Below, one piece after another: positions 1 through 11,274 of a stretch of DNA of 64,000 nucleotides (position 1 is the first letter of the stretch; each line of letters opens with the position of its first letter). This DNA comes from Blastocladiella emersonii ATCC 22665. Taxonomy: Eukaryota; Fungi; Blastocladiomycota. Position numbers and translations under genes: made by a program. The stretch spans positions 806,001-870,000 of the forward strand of contig JANHCV010000007.1 of NCBI GenBank assembly GCA_025594325.1, in the 5' to 3' direction. The notes beneath the pieces are model-generated. The model was not told the DNA's origin, searched no databases, and saw nothing but the letters and a program-made list of their open reading frames with translations.

Positions 1-891
1 GCCGCCGGTGGGACGACCGACTCGCCCGCGCCCGTCACGGCCGGCGTGATCCCCGGCGACGACACGGATGACCCGTACGCGGGCGACAGCCCCGTCGACG
101 ACGTCGAGTCGGGCGACGAGCTCGGCGCCATGCCGCACACTCACCAACCCGAGTCGCCGACGCGCCGCATGACGCTCGCCGCGATCGCCACCGCCGCCGC
201 CTCCACACCAACCACCACCTCCAGCACGGCGCCCACGGCGCGCATCTCGTCGCACCAGCAGACGCTCGCGCCGTCGGTCACGGACGAGGTGGTGCGGCAG
301 ATCACGCACCGGTCCGGGTGGCTGTGGCGGTACGAGCGGTCGGGCGTCATGGGCGGCCGGCTCGGCGGGAAGCACTGGAAGCGCCGGTGGTGCGTGCTGC
401 GCGGCGACCGCCTCGTCGTCTACAAGGACATGCGCGAGTACTCGCCGCTGCGCGTCGTCGACGTCGCTTCCGTCCTCGACGTGCTCACCGCGCCCATGTC
501 CAAGAGCCTCGAGAAGCATCTCCCGACGTGGGTCGCCGCGCACGCGGCAGGAGCAGGGGCGAGTCCGAGCACCCCGTCGCCCGAGTCCCCGCCGTCCCCG
601 CCCCTGCCCGAGCCGACGCCGGCGGGCAGCGAGGAGCCGCCATTACTCTTCACGAGCAGCGCCGCGAGCGCGGCTGCTGCGGCCGCGGCTGCCGCGGACC
701 CGACCACGACGTGCTTCCACGTCATCGCCACGGCCAAGACGCACCAGCTCGCGGCCGAGTCGCGCGACGACATGTGCGCGTGGGTCCGCGACCTGCGCCG
801 GCTCATGGCGCCGTACCACGCGGGCGTCGTGGTCGCGGGGGCGGCAACGGATGCCGCGGATGCACACCATCCCGCGGGCCACGCGCTGTAG
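1..891 (+). CDS. PH-domain protein, 5' partial
   Basis: Frame is open from base 1 to the TAG at 891. PH strands HRSGWLWRY...KHWKRRWCVLRGDRLVVYKD and C-terminal FHVIATAKTHQLAAESRDDMCAWVRDL are separated by a Pro/Ala-rich insertion. Confidence 0.8.
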   Translation, partial: AAGGTTDSPAPVTAGVIPGDDTDDPYAGDSPVDDVESGDELGAMPHTHQPESPTRRMTLAAIATAAASTPTTTSSTAPTARISSHQQTLAPSVTDEVVRQITHRSGWLWRYERSGVMGGRLGGKHWKRRWCVLRGDRLVVYKDMREYSPLRVVDVASVLDVLTAPMSKSLEKHLPTWVAAHAAGAGASPSTPSPESPPSPPLPEPTPAGSEEPPLLFTSSAASAAAAAAAAADPTTTCFHVIATAKTHQLAAESRDDMCAWVRDLRRLMAPYHAGVVVAGAATDAADAHHPAGHAL

Positions 892-958
892 ACATGGGAG
901 AGATTACTGGTATATATAAACGGCCCGTTTGTGTTCTACTCCACGTCGTCGACGCGTT

Positions 959-2204
959 CTAGTGCTTCTCGTCCTTGCGATCGTCGCCGTCGCGCTCGTC
1001 GTCGTCATCGGCCCAGCCAGTCTCGGCGCTCTGCACCAGGACCACGCCGCCCTTCCCGCCCGCCACCTCGGCACGCACCACGCCCTGCTTCGCGGCATCA
1101 CCCGGCACGCTCCCGCTGACCGCCGTCGTCGGCAGCTTGTTCACCACGACGCCCGCGCCGCCGGCCGCCGTCCAGTCGACCGCAACCCCCGTCGGCACGC
1201 GCACCGTGACGCCGCCGCGGCCCAGGGTCGCGCTGACGCTCCACCCGGCGGTCAGCGGGCTGAGCGCAATCTTCGCGTGGCCCTCGGGCGCGGTCACGGC
1301 GACACGCGCGTCCTTGCCGACCGCGACGCGGCCGAGGACCACGTCGCCCGCGCGGGACGCGGTGAAGGTGAGCGACCCCCCGCCGTCGGCCGCAAGCGAG
1401 ATGGTGCCGTTGCTCGGCTGGACGAGTTTGCCCCATGCCGTGGACACGGAGAGCCGCGCGAGTGTCGCGGTGCCGTGCAGGTACGTCGAGTGGAAGTATC
1501 CCTCGGTCTCGATTGAGATCGGGTCGGAGGAAGAGGAAGCGGGGAGGGTGAGCTTCGTCACGGTCGACCCGCCGCACGGCAGCGAGTACAGCGACGGCCA
1601 GAAGGAGCGCGGGCGGCCGCCGGGCGTCAGCGTCCACACGGGGCCCGCGGGCTGGGCGAGAGTCAAAGGCAGGGAGGACGGGTCCGAGGAGGACGAGTAC
1701 TGCGCGACCGTGTACGACAGCGTGCCTGGCTGGGTGCCGTTGAAGTTGACGATGAGACGGTGGCTCGTCGACTTGATGGAAGCGTGGGTCAGCAAGCTGG
1801 TCAGCGAGGGCGGCGTGGTGAGAGCGAAGTGGGACGTACGATCTTGGTCGCATCGACACGAATCCCAGTGATCCCAATGAGCGAGTGCGTGCCCGACTCG
1901 ATGCGTCTCGCCGCCGTGGTCCCGAACTTGCTCGCGTCGACGGGGTGGCACGACGAGCGCGTGGCCAGGTACGCGATCTACACGCACGAGTCAGCCGTGG
2001 CCATGACCCGCCGAAAGCATTCTCGCGTACCCCGAAGACGGCGCCCGTGATCACGCCCGCGATCAGGACCACCCAGATGGCGGCAGCGACGCGCACGGGC
2101 CAGCGGAACGGGTTCAGGATGCGCCGCGGCCACGAGCGTGGCGGCGGTGCGACTTGGTCGACGTGGCCGCCGGGCTTGATCAACGCGTCGTCGTGGTACG
2201 TCAT
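959..2204 (-). CDS. Type II membrane protein with DUF4097/putative-adhesin-like beta domain (3 exons)
   Basis: The N-terminal TM (VAAAIWVVLIAGVITGAVFG) joins the 959..1987 ORF in frame through two canonical introns (2030-1978 GTACGC..GCTGAC..TAG; 1839-1772 GTACGT..GCTGAC..CAAG). The C-terminal part has repeated short beta/Gly motifs (GTISLAADGGGSL, GDVVLGRV, GGVTVRVPTG). Confidence 0.65.
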
Positions 2205-2944
2205 CGTGATCCGTTGAAGAACATCGTCAACGGGACCAAACCCATCTTATACACGGGGTCCCAGACTCGGAGGAGGCGTCGCGAGTGCGGGATGCAGCGA
2301 CCTGCGACGCTCGGTCCCGCACAGGCTGCGGCATGCCAAGGCGCACGCAGGCGCAAGTTAAGCGCCATGGCTCAAGGACGCTGTATGCCAGGACGCGACG
2401 GCGGTGACGCGTGAATGTACGTGGGTGGGCGGCCGTCGTGATGGAGGAGATGATCGTCGACATGATCGTCGCGAGCAGTGGTCAGGGCAGGGACGATCTG
2501 ATCCTCACGCGACGAAGACGTCGAAGCAGCACAACACCGCCTGCCGACGGACATGACAGCGTCAAGGTGCACGAGGAAAGGAGCAACGCTGCTGGACCCG
2601 CCGAGGAGGAAGAGCCAGGTCGACCCGTTTCGGATCATCACGGCTCACGAGGCTGACCGACACGGCCACGGCTGGCCGTGACCAAGACGACCCGGCAATC
2701 CCGGCGCGGTGGTCGCAGCGACGCGTCCGCGCGAGACAGATTTCGCGGCTTGGTGATCGTCGACCGGGCCACAACAGACGAGGAGCGGAAATGCGGTGCA
2801 GAGCCACGTTATCCGCTGGCATCAGGCCCGAGCCGCGCCGTGCAACCTGGATGAGCCTCCCTCCCTCTCCCCGCGTCCCACCTTCATTAATTACCTCGCA
2901 CGGCAGCCGCTCGCACCGGCTTCCCACCCCGCACACCTCTTGCA

Positions 2945-4287
2945 ATGGCACCAACACCACACGACATCCCGCTGAGCGGGCTCGAGAAACCCGGCGCACC
3001 GCTTCCGTCGCGCTCTGCGACCGCCGCCGCCGTGTCAGCGTCGGCCGCCGCAGCGCGGGCGGGCCCGCGGGCATATCACGCGGTCGCAGGCGACGCGGAG
3101 CAGGCGGCACCGCCGCTCACGAAGCGCGCGCCGATGCCGCTCGGCAAGCAGGTGCGGCGGTGCCAGTGCCTCAACTGCTGCGGGCTGCCCGCGCCCGTGT
3201 GCCGCGCCATGTGGGTCATTCTCGGGATTCTCGTCACGGCCATGGCGGTCGCTTCGGTACGGCTCCGGTCTCAGCGTGACGGGTGAGCGTGTCCCGCTGA
3301 CCGTTTGGCGGGGTGTAGATGGCGCTCAACGTGTACAGCGCCAAGTGCCGCGCGGGCGGCGCCGACACGCTGGTGCTGAGCGACGAGGGCACGCTGGACC
3401 TGCAGCTGTTCCCGTCGACGGGCGTGCTGGTCGTGGACGCGCGCGCCGTGCGGGCCGGGTCCGTGCAGGTCGCCGTCGCCGACTCTTCCTCCGATTCTGC
3501 GGCGGACGCGCACCGTATGCGGTACAAGATCGCGCACTATGCCCTGTTGACGCCCGGCAGCACGGGCGACCTTGCGCGCGCGACCATTGACACGTCGACG
3601 CCCGGCGCCAACTGGCGGCTCGTCGTCCCCGCACCCACGACCGCGACGGGCGCCGCGGGCACCGTCTGGGAAGCGTTCCACTGCTCGCGCGCCGTCGTCT
3701 CGCTGACGTTCCCCGCGGCGCACCTCCGCGCCAACGCGACGCGGTACGCGGTCCGCGTGCAGTCCGAGGCCGCCGACGTGCGGTTCGACGGGCCCGCCGC
3801 CGCCCAGGGGATCGCGTGGGACGCCGTCACGCTCGAGACGACGACGGGCAACGTGCGTGCGTCCGTCCTCGGGCCCGTTGCGCGGCGCGCGACGGTGACG
3901 ACGGAGTCTGGCGTCGTGGATATCGCGTCGCTCGCCTTCGCGCCACCACCCGTCAACTCGACGGAGGCGGCGGTGGCCCCCGAGGTCGACGTGCTCACGA
4001 CCGATGGACCCGTGTCACTCGTCCTCGCCGCGGTCCCCGTCAACGTGACCGGGTTCTCGGTGCGCGCCGCGTCGTCGGGCAGCGGGAACGTCGGCGTCCG
4101 CGTGCCCGCGGGGCTCGACGCGACGTGGAAGGTGAGCGCGACGCAGGGCGTGGCGACGGTCGCGGGCACCCGCGTCGCGTCGTCGGGCAGCGGGTCCGGC
4201 GTGTTCGGGACCGGCGGCAAGGGCGGCCAGCGGACTATCACGGCGCGGGCGAACCGCGGGAACGCGGGCATCGAGGTCGTTGGGTGA
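2945..4287 (+). CDS. Type II membrane protein with DUF4097/putative-adhesin-like beta repeats (2 exons)
   Basis: A Cys-rich juxtamembrane segment and TM (MWVILGILVTAMAVAS) join MALNVYSAK in frame via intron 3257-3318 (GTACGG..GCTGAC..TAG). Repeats TLETTTGNVRA, TVTTESGVVDI, VLTTDGPVSL and SSGSGNVGVRVP are typical of DUF4097. Confidence 0.7.
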
Positions 4288-4716
4288 TACGTTTTGTGAT
4301 CCGCGCGCGGGGTATTTAGCGACTATTTTGCAGTATAATGCACAGCCCATCCACATGGATTGATTGCGCGACCGCGGGAGCCGATGGCGCCATGCTCACG
4401 TTGGCGCGCAGCGGCGTGCAGGTGCAACGCGTCGGCGTGGCGCTTCGCGCTCCGAGGCGGGAGACGACGTCGGGCGCGCGCGATGGCGCCTTCTGCCGCC
4501 TCGGGCGGACCTCACGCCGCGCCGCATGCGGCCATGGTCCGACTCGGTCGCGCCATTGCACCGGCCGCGCCCAGGGACCGCCGACGCCGGCGTGAATAGC
4601 CGCCCCGTGGCGTCGCCCGCGCCGGATGGTTAAAAGGGGCCAGCGTCCATGTCCCTCCATCGCTGGTCTACAGTATATCTTTCAACCGCGCCATCAACGA
4701 TCGCATACTCGCCAAG

Positions 4717-6525
4717 ATGCACACCACGACCACTCCGACTGCCGCCGCTGCCGAGACGCCCGGCCGCCTCGCGACGCAGTGCCTGGCGCAGCCGGGCCCG
4801 GGCAACCCGTACGGCGCGGCGGCGGTGCCCGTGTTCCAGACGGCGACGTTCCGGGCGCCGTCCATCGAGGCGGCCGAGTCGCAGGCGTACGACTACTCGC
4901 GGTCGGGCAACCCGACGCGCACGGCGCTCGAGGCGTCGCTCGCCCACGTCCTCGGCGGCCGCGGGATCCGCGCCCTCGCCGTCAACTCGGGCATGGCCGC
5001 CACCGACGCGGTCGTCCGCCTCGTGCGCGCCGGCGACCACGTGCTCGTCGGCCACGACGTGTACGGCGGTACCCACCGGCTGTTGGGGATGCTGCGCGAG
5101 TTTGCCGGGTGTACCGTGCACACGGTCGATACTACGGATATCAAGGCCGTCGTCGAGACGCTCGCAGCGTGTGCCGAGGGCCGGTGTTGTTCCTCTTCAC
5201 CCTCGTCGTGTCGTGCTACCGATGAGGCCGACCCGCTGGCCCGCGCACGCACGCTCGGCGCCGAGCTCGCGGCTGCCGACACGACCAACCCCGGCGACGC
5301 GACCACGCAGCACCCGCGGCACCGCCTGCGCCTCGTCCTGCTCGAGTCGCCGACCAACCCGCTCATGCATGTGGCCGACCTGCGCGCCATCGCGGTGGCC
5401 ACGCACGCGCTCGCGCCGCGCGCCCTCGTCGTCGTCGACAACACCATGGCCTCGCCCATCTTCCAGCGCCCGCTGCTCCTCGACCGCGCCGACTCGGGCT
5501 TCTCGCCCGCCGACTGGGCGACTTCCGAGGAGGGTGGCGACGATGACTCGGATCTCGATGCGGTCGACGAGGACTTTGACGCGTCCGCGACCGCCGACGG
5601 CAACGGCAACGGCGACGAGTACACGCCCGACTTCCCGGGCGCGGCCGCCGACATCGAGCTGCACAGCGCCACGAAATATCTCGGCGGTCATCACGACCTT
5701 ACGGCGGGCGTGATTGCGGCGCGGCGGCCGGACCTGGTCGCGGCGCTCGCGCGCATTGTCAACGCCGTCGGCAGCGGGCTCGCCCCGTGGGACTGCTTCC
5801 TCGCCGCGCGCGGGCTCAAGACGCTGCACCTGCGCGTCGCGCAGCAGGCGCGGTCCGCCGCCAAGCTCGCGCGGTGGCTCGCGCGGCAGCCCGCGGGGAT
5901 CAAGGCGGTGCACGTTCCCTCCTCCTCGGCCCCGTTCGCGCTCGCGTCGACCTCCTGGTTCCCGAACGCGCGCCCGCAGGCCCGCGGCGGGAGCGGCGGT
6001 ATGGCGGCCGTCTTCTCGTTCGAGACGGGCAGCGTCGCCGCGTCCGAGGCGCTGTGCCGCACCGTCACCCGGTTCGGTATCTCGGTCTCGTTCGGGTGCG
6101 TCGACTCGCTCGTCTCGATGCCCTGGCGCATGTCCCACGCGTCGATCCCCGTCGACCAGCGCGGCGGCGTGCCCGCCGACCTCGTCCGTGTCTCGGTCGG
6201 CATCGAGGACGTGCGCGACCTCGTCGCGGATCTGCGCCGTGGTGTCAAGGCCGCGGCGGAGGTGATCGAGGCCGAGCGTGCAGAGGCGGTGGTTGAGACG
6301 GCGGCGAACAAGCCGGCGCTCGTCAAGGTCGACTCCAAGACAGACGTCGTCATCGGCGCCGAGAAGGTGCCGCTCGTGGCGGCAGCGGCCGCGGTCGATG
6401 TGTCAGCTACCGCGGCCGCGCCGGCAGCAGAGGCGGCGGGGAAGCCCGTCGCCGTGGCCACGCAGAGCAAGCGGTCCCGGCGGCGGAGTAGTGGGCGGTC
6501 GCGCAAGGCGAGCTCGGCCGCTTGA
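4717..6525 (+). CDS. STR3: Cystathionine beta-lyase (Cys/Met metabolism PLP-dependent enzyme)
   Basis: Motifs YDYSRSGNPTR, VNSGMAA, DVYGGT, LESPTNP, VVDNTM, HSATKYLGGHHD (PLP lysine) and FGISVSFGCVDSLVSMPWRMSHASIP, the last resembling fungal beta-lyases. Confidence 0.85.
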   Translation: MHTTTTPTAAAAETPGRLATQCLAQPGPGNPYGAAAVPVFQTATFRAPSIEAAESQAYDYSRSGNPTRTALEASLAHVLGGRGIRALAVNSGMAATDAVVRLVRAGDHVLVGHDVYGGTHRLLGMLREFAGCTVHTVDTTDIKAVVETLAACAEGRCCSSSPSSCRATDEADPLARARTLGAELAAADTTNPGDATTQHPRHRLRLVLLESPTNPLMHVADLRAIAVATHALAPRALVVVDNTMASPIFQRPLLLDRADSGFSPADWATSEEGGDDDSDLDAVDEDFDASATADGNGNGDEYTPDFPGAAADIELHSATKYLGGHHDLTAGVIAARRPDLVAALARIVNAVGSGLAPWDCFLAARGLKTLHLRVAQQARSAAKLARWLARQPAGIKAVHVPSSSAPFALASTSWFPNARPQARGGSGGMAAVFSFETGSVAASEALCRTVTRFGISVSFGCVDSLVSMPWRMSHASIPVDQRGGVPADLVRVSVGIEDVRDLVADLRRGVKAAAEVIEAERAEAVVETAANKPALVKVDSKTDVVIGAEKVPLVAAAAAVDVSATAAAPAAEAAGKPVAVATQSKRSRRRSSGRSRKASSAA

Positions 6526-6902
6526 GTTGTACAGAATACACTTTACTAGTCACGAGTCATCTACCTGTTGTTGAGCCCCTGCTTCGGCTCTCATTTGGGT
6601 CGGATAGCTCACGTTGGATCGGGTCGTGGCAGCAACACATACGATCATGTTCGTCAGCGATGATCACGATGGCCGTGGTCATGGCCACATCTTCCGCCCG
6701 ATGTTGAACGACGCGCGAGTCCAAGCCCTCGCTTCGGCTTTGCTGTCTCCGCGACCTTGGCCGCCGCGACCATGCCCACCGCTCGCCGCCGAGTGATGCT
6801 GACCGACATGTGCGTTCAAGCGTATAGTATACATTCCTCGGACATCGCTTCAAACAACATCAAAGTCGACACCACCACCGCCGCGCCTTCCACCGACCGC
6901 GA

Positions 6903-7850
6903 TCACAGCTCGATGTGGTTGGTCATGGCCGGGCGCGAGTACAGGAGCGTAGTTTCCCGCAGCGCCTCGATGCGCAGGATGTTCTCCAGCAGCGGGAGCG
7001 CGCCGCTATCCTTGCTCACGAGCACGCGGTCCGGGTGCGTCGGTGCCGGGCGCGACTCGAACAGCGAGAAGAAGGACGACGCCGATGTCGTTGGCGGGGC
7101 AGACGCGGCGGCGGACGCGGGACGCGGACACTTGATGACCTTGGACTCGTCGAGCCCGCGCGAGTGCAGCATGAACCGCGCGCGCGGCCCGCACCACGCC
7201 AGGTCGTCCGGGTCGGATCCGGCACCGGCAGCGTGCGCGTCGTCGTCGCCCAGCCACCACCGCTGCAGCCACCCGTCGGTCTCGCTGGCGTTCTCGACCG
7301 AGGTCGGGCGGTTGTGGTGGAGCGTCGGCTCGAGCAGCCGGTCTGCGAGTGGATCGAACTCGGGCGCCGACCGCGGGTGCATGGGCGCGTCGCCGAGCGG
7401 CAGCGCGAGCGTCGTGGGCACCATGAGCGCGAACAGGACCGTGAGCACCAGGATCAGCGCGCCCCAGTTGGACGGCAAGCGGCGGCGCCGTGGTGGCGCG
7501 GCGGCGTCGGTCGCGGGCGCGGGCGTCGCGGGTTCTGGCCGGTGGTTGCTCGAAGAGGGCGAGAACGAGTCGGTGGCGGAGCGCACGGGCGAGTCGAGCG
7601 AGGTTGTCGACTTCATGGCAATGTCGGAGCTGAGGCTGGAACTGGACCCGCCGAACGTCGACGACGACGCGAACAGGAACATGGCCGCCGACAGGAGCGG
7701 GCGGCCGCTGAACGGGCCGGGGCGCGGCGCCGTCGTTGATGGTGTTGGGAACGAGGAGGAAGCCGAGGAGGCGAGCGTGTCGGTCGAGGCGGCCGAAGAC
7801 GACGCGGCGCTCATGGCCGCGGCTGGTCGTGCGCCGAAAAAGTGCTTCAT
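6903..7850 (-). CDS. Uncharacterised single-pass membrane protein
   Basis: 315-aa ORF with host-like codon usage: Ser-rich N-terminus, hydrophobic segment WGALILVLTVLFALMVPTTLA, then a region with two Cys. No family recognised. Confidence 0.55.
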   Translation of the reverse strand: MKHFFGARPAAAMSAASSSAASTDTLASSASSSFPTPSTTAPRPGPFSGRPLLSAAMFLFASSSTFGGSSSSLSSDIAMKSTTSLDSPVRSATDSFSPSSSNHRPEPATPAPATDAAAPPRRRRLPSNWGALILVLTVLFALMVPTTLALPLGDAPMHPRSAPEFDPLADRLLEPTLHHNRPTSVENASETDGWLQRWWLGDDDAHAAGAGSDPDDLAWCGPRARFMLHSRGLDESKVIKCPRPASAAASAPPTTSASSFFSLFESRPAPTHPDRVLVSKDSGALPLLENILRIEALRETTLLYSRPAMTNHIEL

Positions 7851-8683
7851 GGTGGTAGTCGGGAGTCGGTCGAGTAGGGCGTCGGGCGTCGAGTCGTAGC
7901 GTAGTGCGTGTGCGGGTGGGTGGTCTAGTCGTGTAGTCGGTCTATTCTAGTCTTGCGGTCCTCGATACTAGCAGCACGCAGCGTCGACTGAATGCATGGA
8001 GTGGGGAGGGACAGCGGTGGCAAGGGTATCGGATCGGTCGTCGTCTGTGGTGTATGATCGCTCTATAGCGGAGACCCGCGGCGGGAAAGGGATGGATCAA
8101 GGGAGTGTAAGAGGAGGGGGCAAGGAGTGAGGTCGGAGCAGGTCGCTGAAGCAGCGCGCGAGACAATATCCGCGCGAGCGAGCGAGTGGGCGCCGCGGGC
8201 CGTGTCGCGTGCCGCGTGCCGCGTGCCGCGGGCGCGCTCGAGCACACGAGTCACAATGACATCAAGGCAGCGGGTCTCCATCGTGCACTTGCCTGCAAGC
8301 GACCCGCCGCGCAACAGCCGGCCCGCGATGAGACACGGGAGACGCGTCGGCGCGAGAATGAAACGCGACGCGTCTCCAGTCAGGCGAAACTCACGTGCAC
8401 CCGGTGCGAGACGCGACGCATCTCCGAGCCGCGGGGGCTTGGCGGGGGGGACGCTCGTATCCCCTCGACCCGATTGCAAAGAGGGCTGCGCGGGACCTGC
8501 AGCAATTATTATGGATCGTCACCCGCAGCAGTAATACGCGACGACGTCACACATCTTGGGTGGGTGCACCTCCCGCTGCCGTCGCAGATCTCATTCCATG
8601 AAACCTGCTGACGTCGACCAGCTATAGATTCCGATACACTGTAAAAGGCGATCTCGCACACACTAACCACCAACTCGCCGGCC

Positions 8684-11025
8684 ATGGCACCACCTTCCGT
8701 CGTTGCCCCCGGCGGCGGCGCCACGCTGCCGTACCTCGGCAACGGGTCCTCGCCCACCACCACCTCGGGTCCCGGCGCCCCGCTCGCCGCGACCACGTCC
8801 TCGACGGGCGCGAGCAAGTCGGTCGCAGCGCTGCTCGACAACTACCAGCGGTCCCGCCTCGCGTTCGCGCAGGGCATCGCCGACGCGGCCGCCCGCGAGG
8901 CGCACCTCGACCACCTCGCCGCCACGCGCGGCACAATCGTCCCCCTCCTCCGCCCGCTCCTCCTCGATCAGGTCGTCGCGGTCCAGCAGGCCGCAGCGCT
9001 GGCGCTCGGCCGCCTCGCTAACCACTCGCCGAGTCTCGCGGCCCACATTGTCGCGGGCGACGTGCTCCCGCACATCGTGTACTCGCTCGACTCGCCCAAC
9101 GTACGCCTGGACTCGGGATCTGCGTCGACTGGATACTGACACTGGCATGCGAGAGTAGCGCTTCTACAAGAAATCGGCCGCGTTCGTCCTCCGCGCCGTG
9201 GCCCGGCACTCGCCCGAGCTCGCGGCGCATGTCGTCGACGCGCACGCCGTCGATGCACTTGGCGCGTGTCTCCAGGACTTTGACCCGGGAGTCAAGGAGA
9301 GTGCAGCTTGGGCGCTCGGGTACATTGCCAAACACACGACCGGTACGCCCTCTCCTCCGCGTCGCAAAGAACTCAACTGACCCTTCGGTGGATCGCGTAG
9401 AGCTCGCCCAGTCGATCGTCGACGCGGGTCTCGTCCCATCGCTCGTCATGTGCCTGCAGGAGCCCGAGGTCTCCTTGCGTCGCATCGCGGCGTCGGCGCT
9501 GAGCGACCTGTCCAAGCACTCGGCGCAGCTCGCGCAGGCCGTGGTCGATGCGGGCTCGATCCCGCCGCTCGTGGCGCTGATCGGGTCCAACGACGCCAAG
9601 CTCAAGCGACAGGCTGTGTGCGCTCTGTCGCAGGTGGCGCGGCACAGCGTCGATCTCGCCGAGGCCGTGGTCGACGCCGACATCTTCCCGCGCATCCTGT
9701 TGCACTTCCGCGACATGGACGGCGCAGTCCGCCGTCAGGCCGCGGTCCTGATGTGCGAGCTCGCCAAGCACGCGCCGGACCTCGCACAGCTGCTCGTCAA
9801 CGCCGGTGCCGTGACCGCGCTCGTCGACTACCTCGGCGAGGCCCGCGGCGCCGTCGCGCGCGTCCCTGCAATCATGGCGCTCGGGTACGTCGCGGCCTTC
9901 TCCGAGACGCTCGCGCTCGCGGTCGTCGTCGCTCAGGGGATCCCGGCCCTCATGGAGGTGCTCTCGACCGAGGCCGAACCGACGGTCAAGGCGGCGTGCG
10001 CGTGGACGCTCGGCCAGATCGGCCGCCACTCGCCCGACCACGCCAAGGCCCTCGCCGCGCACGCGGTCCTCCCCAAGCTTCTCGCCCTGCTCACGCAGCC
10101 GTCGAACGCGGGGGCCCAGAGCGCGTCGCCGCCCGGGTCCGCCGGCAGCGGCGGGCGCGCGTCGTCGGCGTCGCCCAGCAAGCAGCGCGCGGCCATGATG
10201 AACATGGGCGGGTCGGGCAATGGGCACGCGATCGACCAGACGGACGACTCGGTCGGCGCGACGACGAGTGGGAGCACGGGCCACGGCGGCGGGGCCATGG
10301 TGGGCGCCGATGCTGCGGCGGCCGAGTACACGGACGCGACGGCGGACATGAAGCTCAAGGCGAAGCGCGCGCTCAAGGCGATCCTCGAGAAGACGCTCGC
10401 GCTCGACGCCCTCGACCCGCTCGTCAAGCTGCGCACGCCGCCCAACATCCTCAAGCACGTGCTCGCGCAGCTCGCCAAGATCCTGCCCAACGACGTGGCG
10501 TCGCGCCGCCGGTTCGTCACCTCGGGCTGCTGCCAGCGCGTCCAGGAGATCGCCGCCGCGTACCGCGGGAACGCGCCCGAGCCCGACCCGGCGTGGACCG
10601 CCAGCAAGATGGCCGAGTCGATCCGCCAGATCAACGCGTGCTTCCCCGAGGAGATCGTCCGGTACTACTCGCCGGGCTACTCGGCGCAGCTCCTCCAGAA
10701 GCTCGACGGGTACGTCTCGGGCGCCGGTAACGCGCCGGGGACAGGTGACGGCGACGGGATGGCGGCGGCGAATGGTGCGATGCGCGGATCCCGCGGGTCC
10801 GTGGACGCCACCACGCACGCGGCGACGGTCGGGTCGCAGTCGTCGCTCCCCATGTCGGGCGGCGGCGCCGAGCAATCGAGCGCACCTGGATCGGCCGGCG
10901 CCGCGCGTGAGACCACCGGGCCGGGGTCCGCGGGGACTGCTGCGCGGTCGGGGCCGGGTAGCGCGGGTGTACCAGGAACCGGCTCCCGCGCCGCGGGCTC
11001 GGCGGCGGCGGCTGGCGGTCAATAG
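8684..11025 (+). CDS. SPAG6: Sperm-associated antigen 6 / PF16 armadillo-repeat flagellar central-pair protein
   Basis: LLRPLLLD..VQQAAALALGRLANHS, RFYKKSAAFVLRAVARHSPELA, FDPGVKESAAWALGYIAKH, LGQIGRHSPDHAK, KAKRALKAIL, FVTSG..QRVQEI and INACFPEEIVRYYSPGYS match SPAG6. Two introns lie near 9101-9158 and 9343-9400. Confidence 0.93.
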
Positions 11026-11274
11026 TGGGAGCTTAGACGTTTGATGTTCTTGATTCGATTTGATGTTCGTTTTCTTCATACACGGTTCGTTTTCTTGTCA
11101 AGGAGACGCGCGGGTCATGAGCACGCGGCGCACGCGACCGACGCGCTCAGAGTTTTTGCGCGGCACCCCTGGTTTCTCCGCCGCCAGCCGACCATCCTCG
11201 GTCCCTCGCTCTCATCCCACGCCATCTGCTACGCATCAACGACCTTGATTACTTGCTGCAACTGGTCCATCTCC

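Noticed and set aside
2411-2700. Short coding-like scrap (..IITAHEADRHGHG) resembling 6614-6796 (..FVSDDHDGRGHG)
   Set aside because: The similarity is limited to a few residues, with no DNA-level alignment or recognisable domain.
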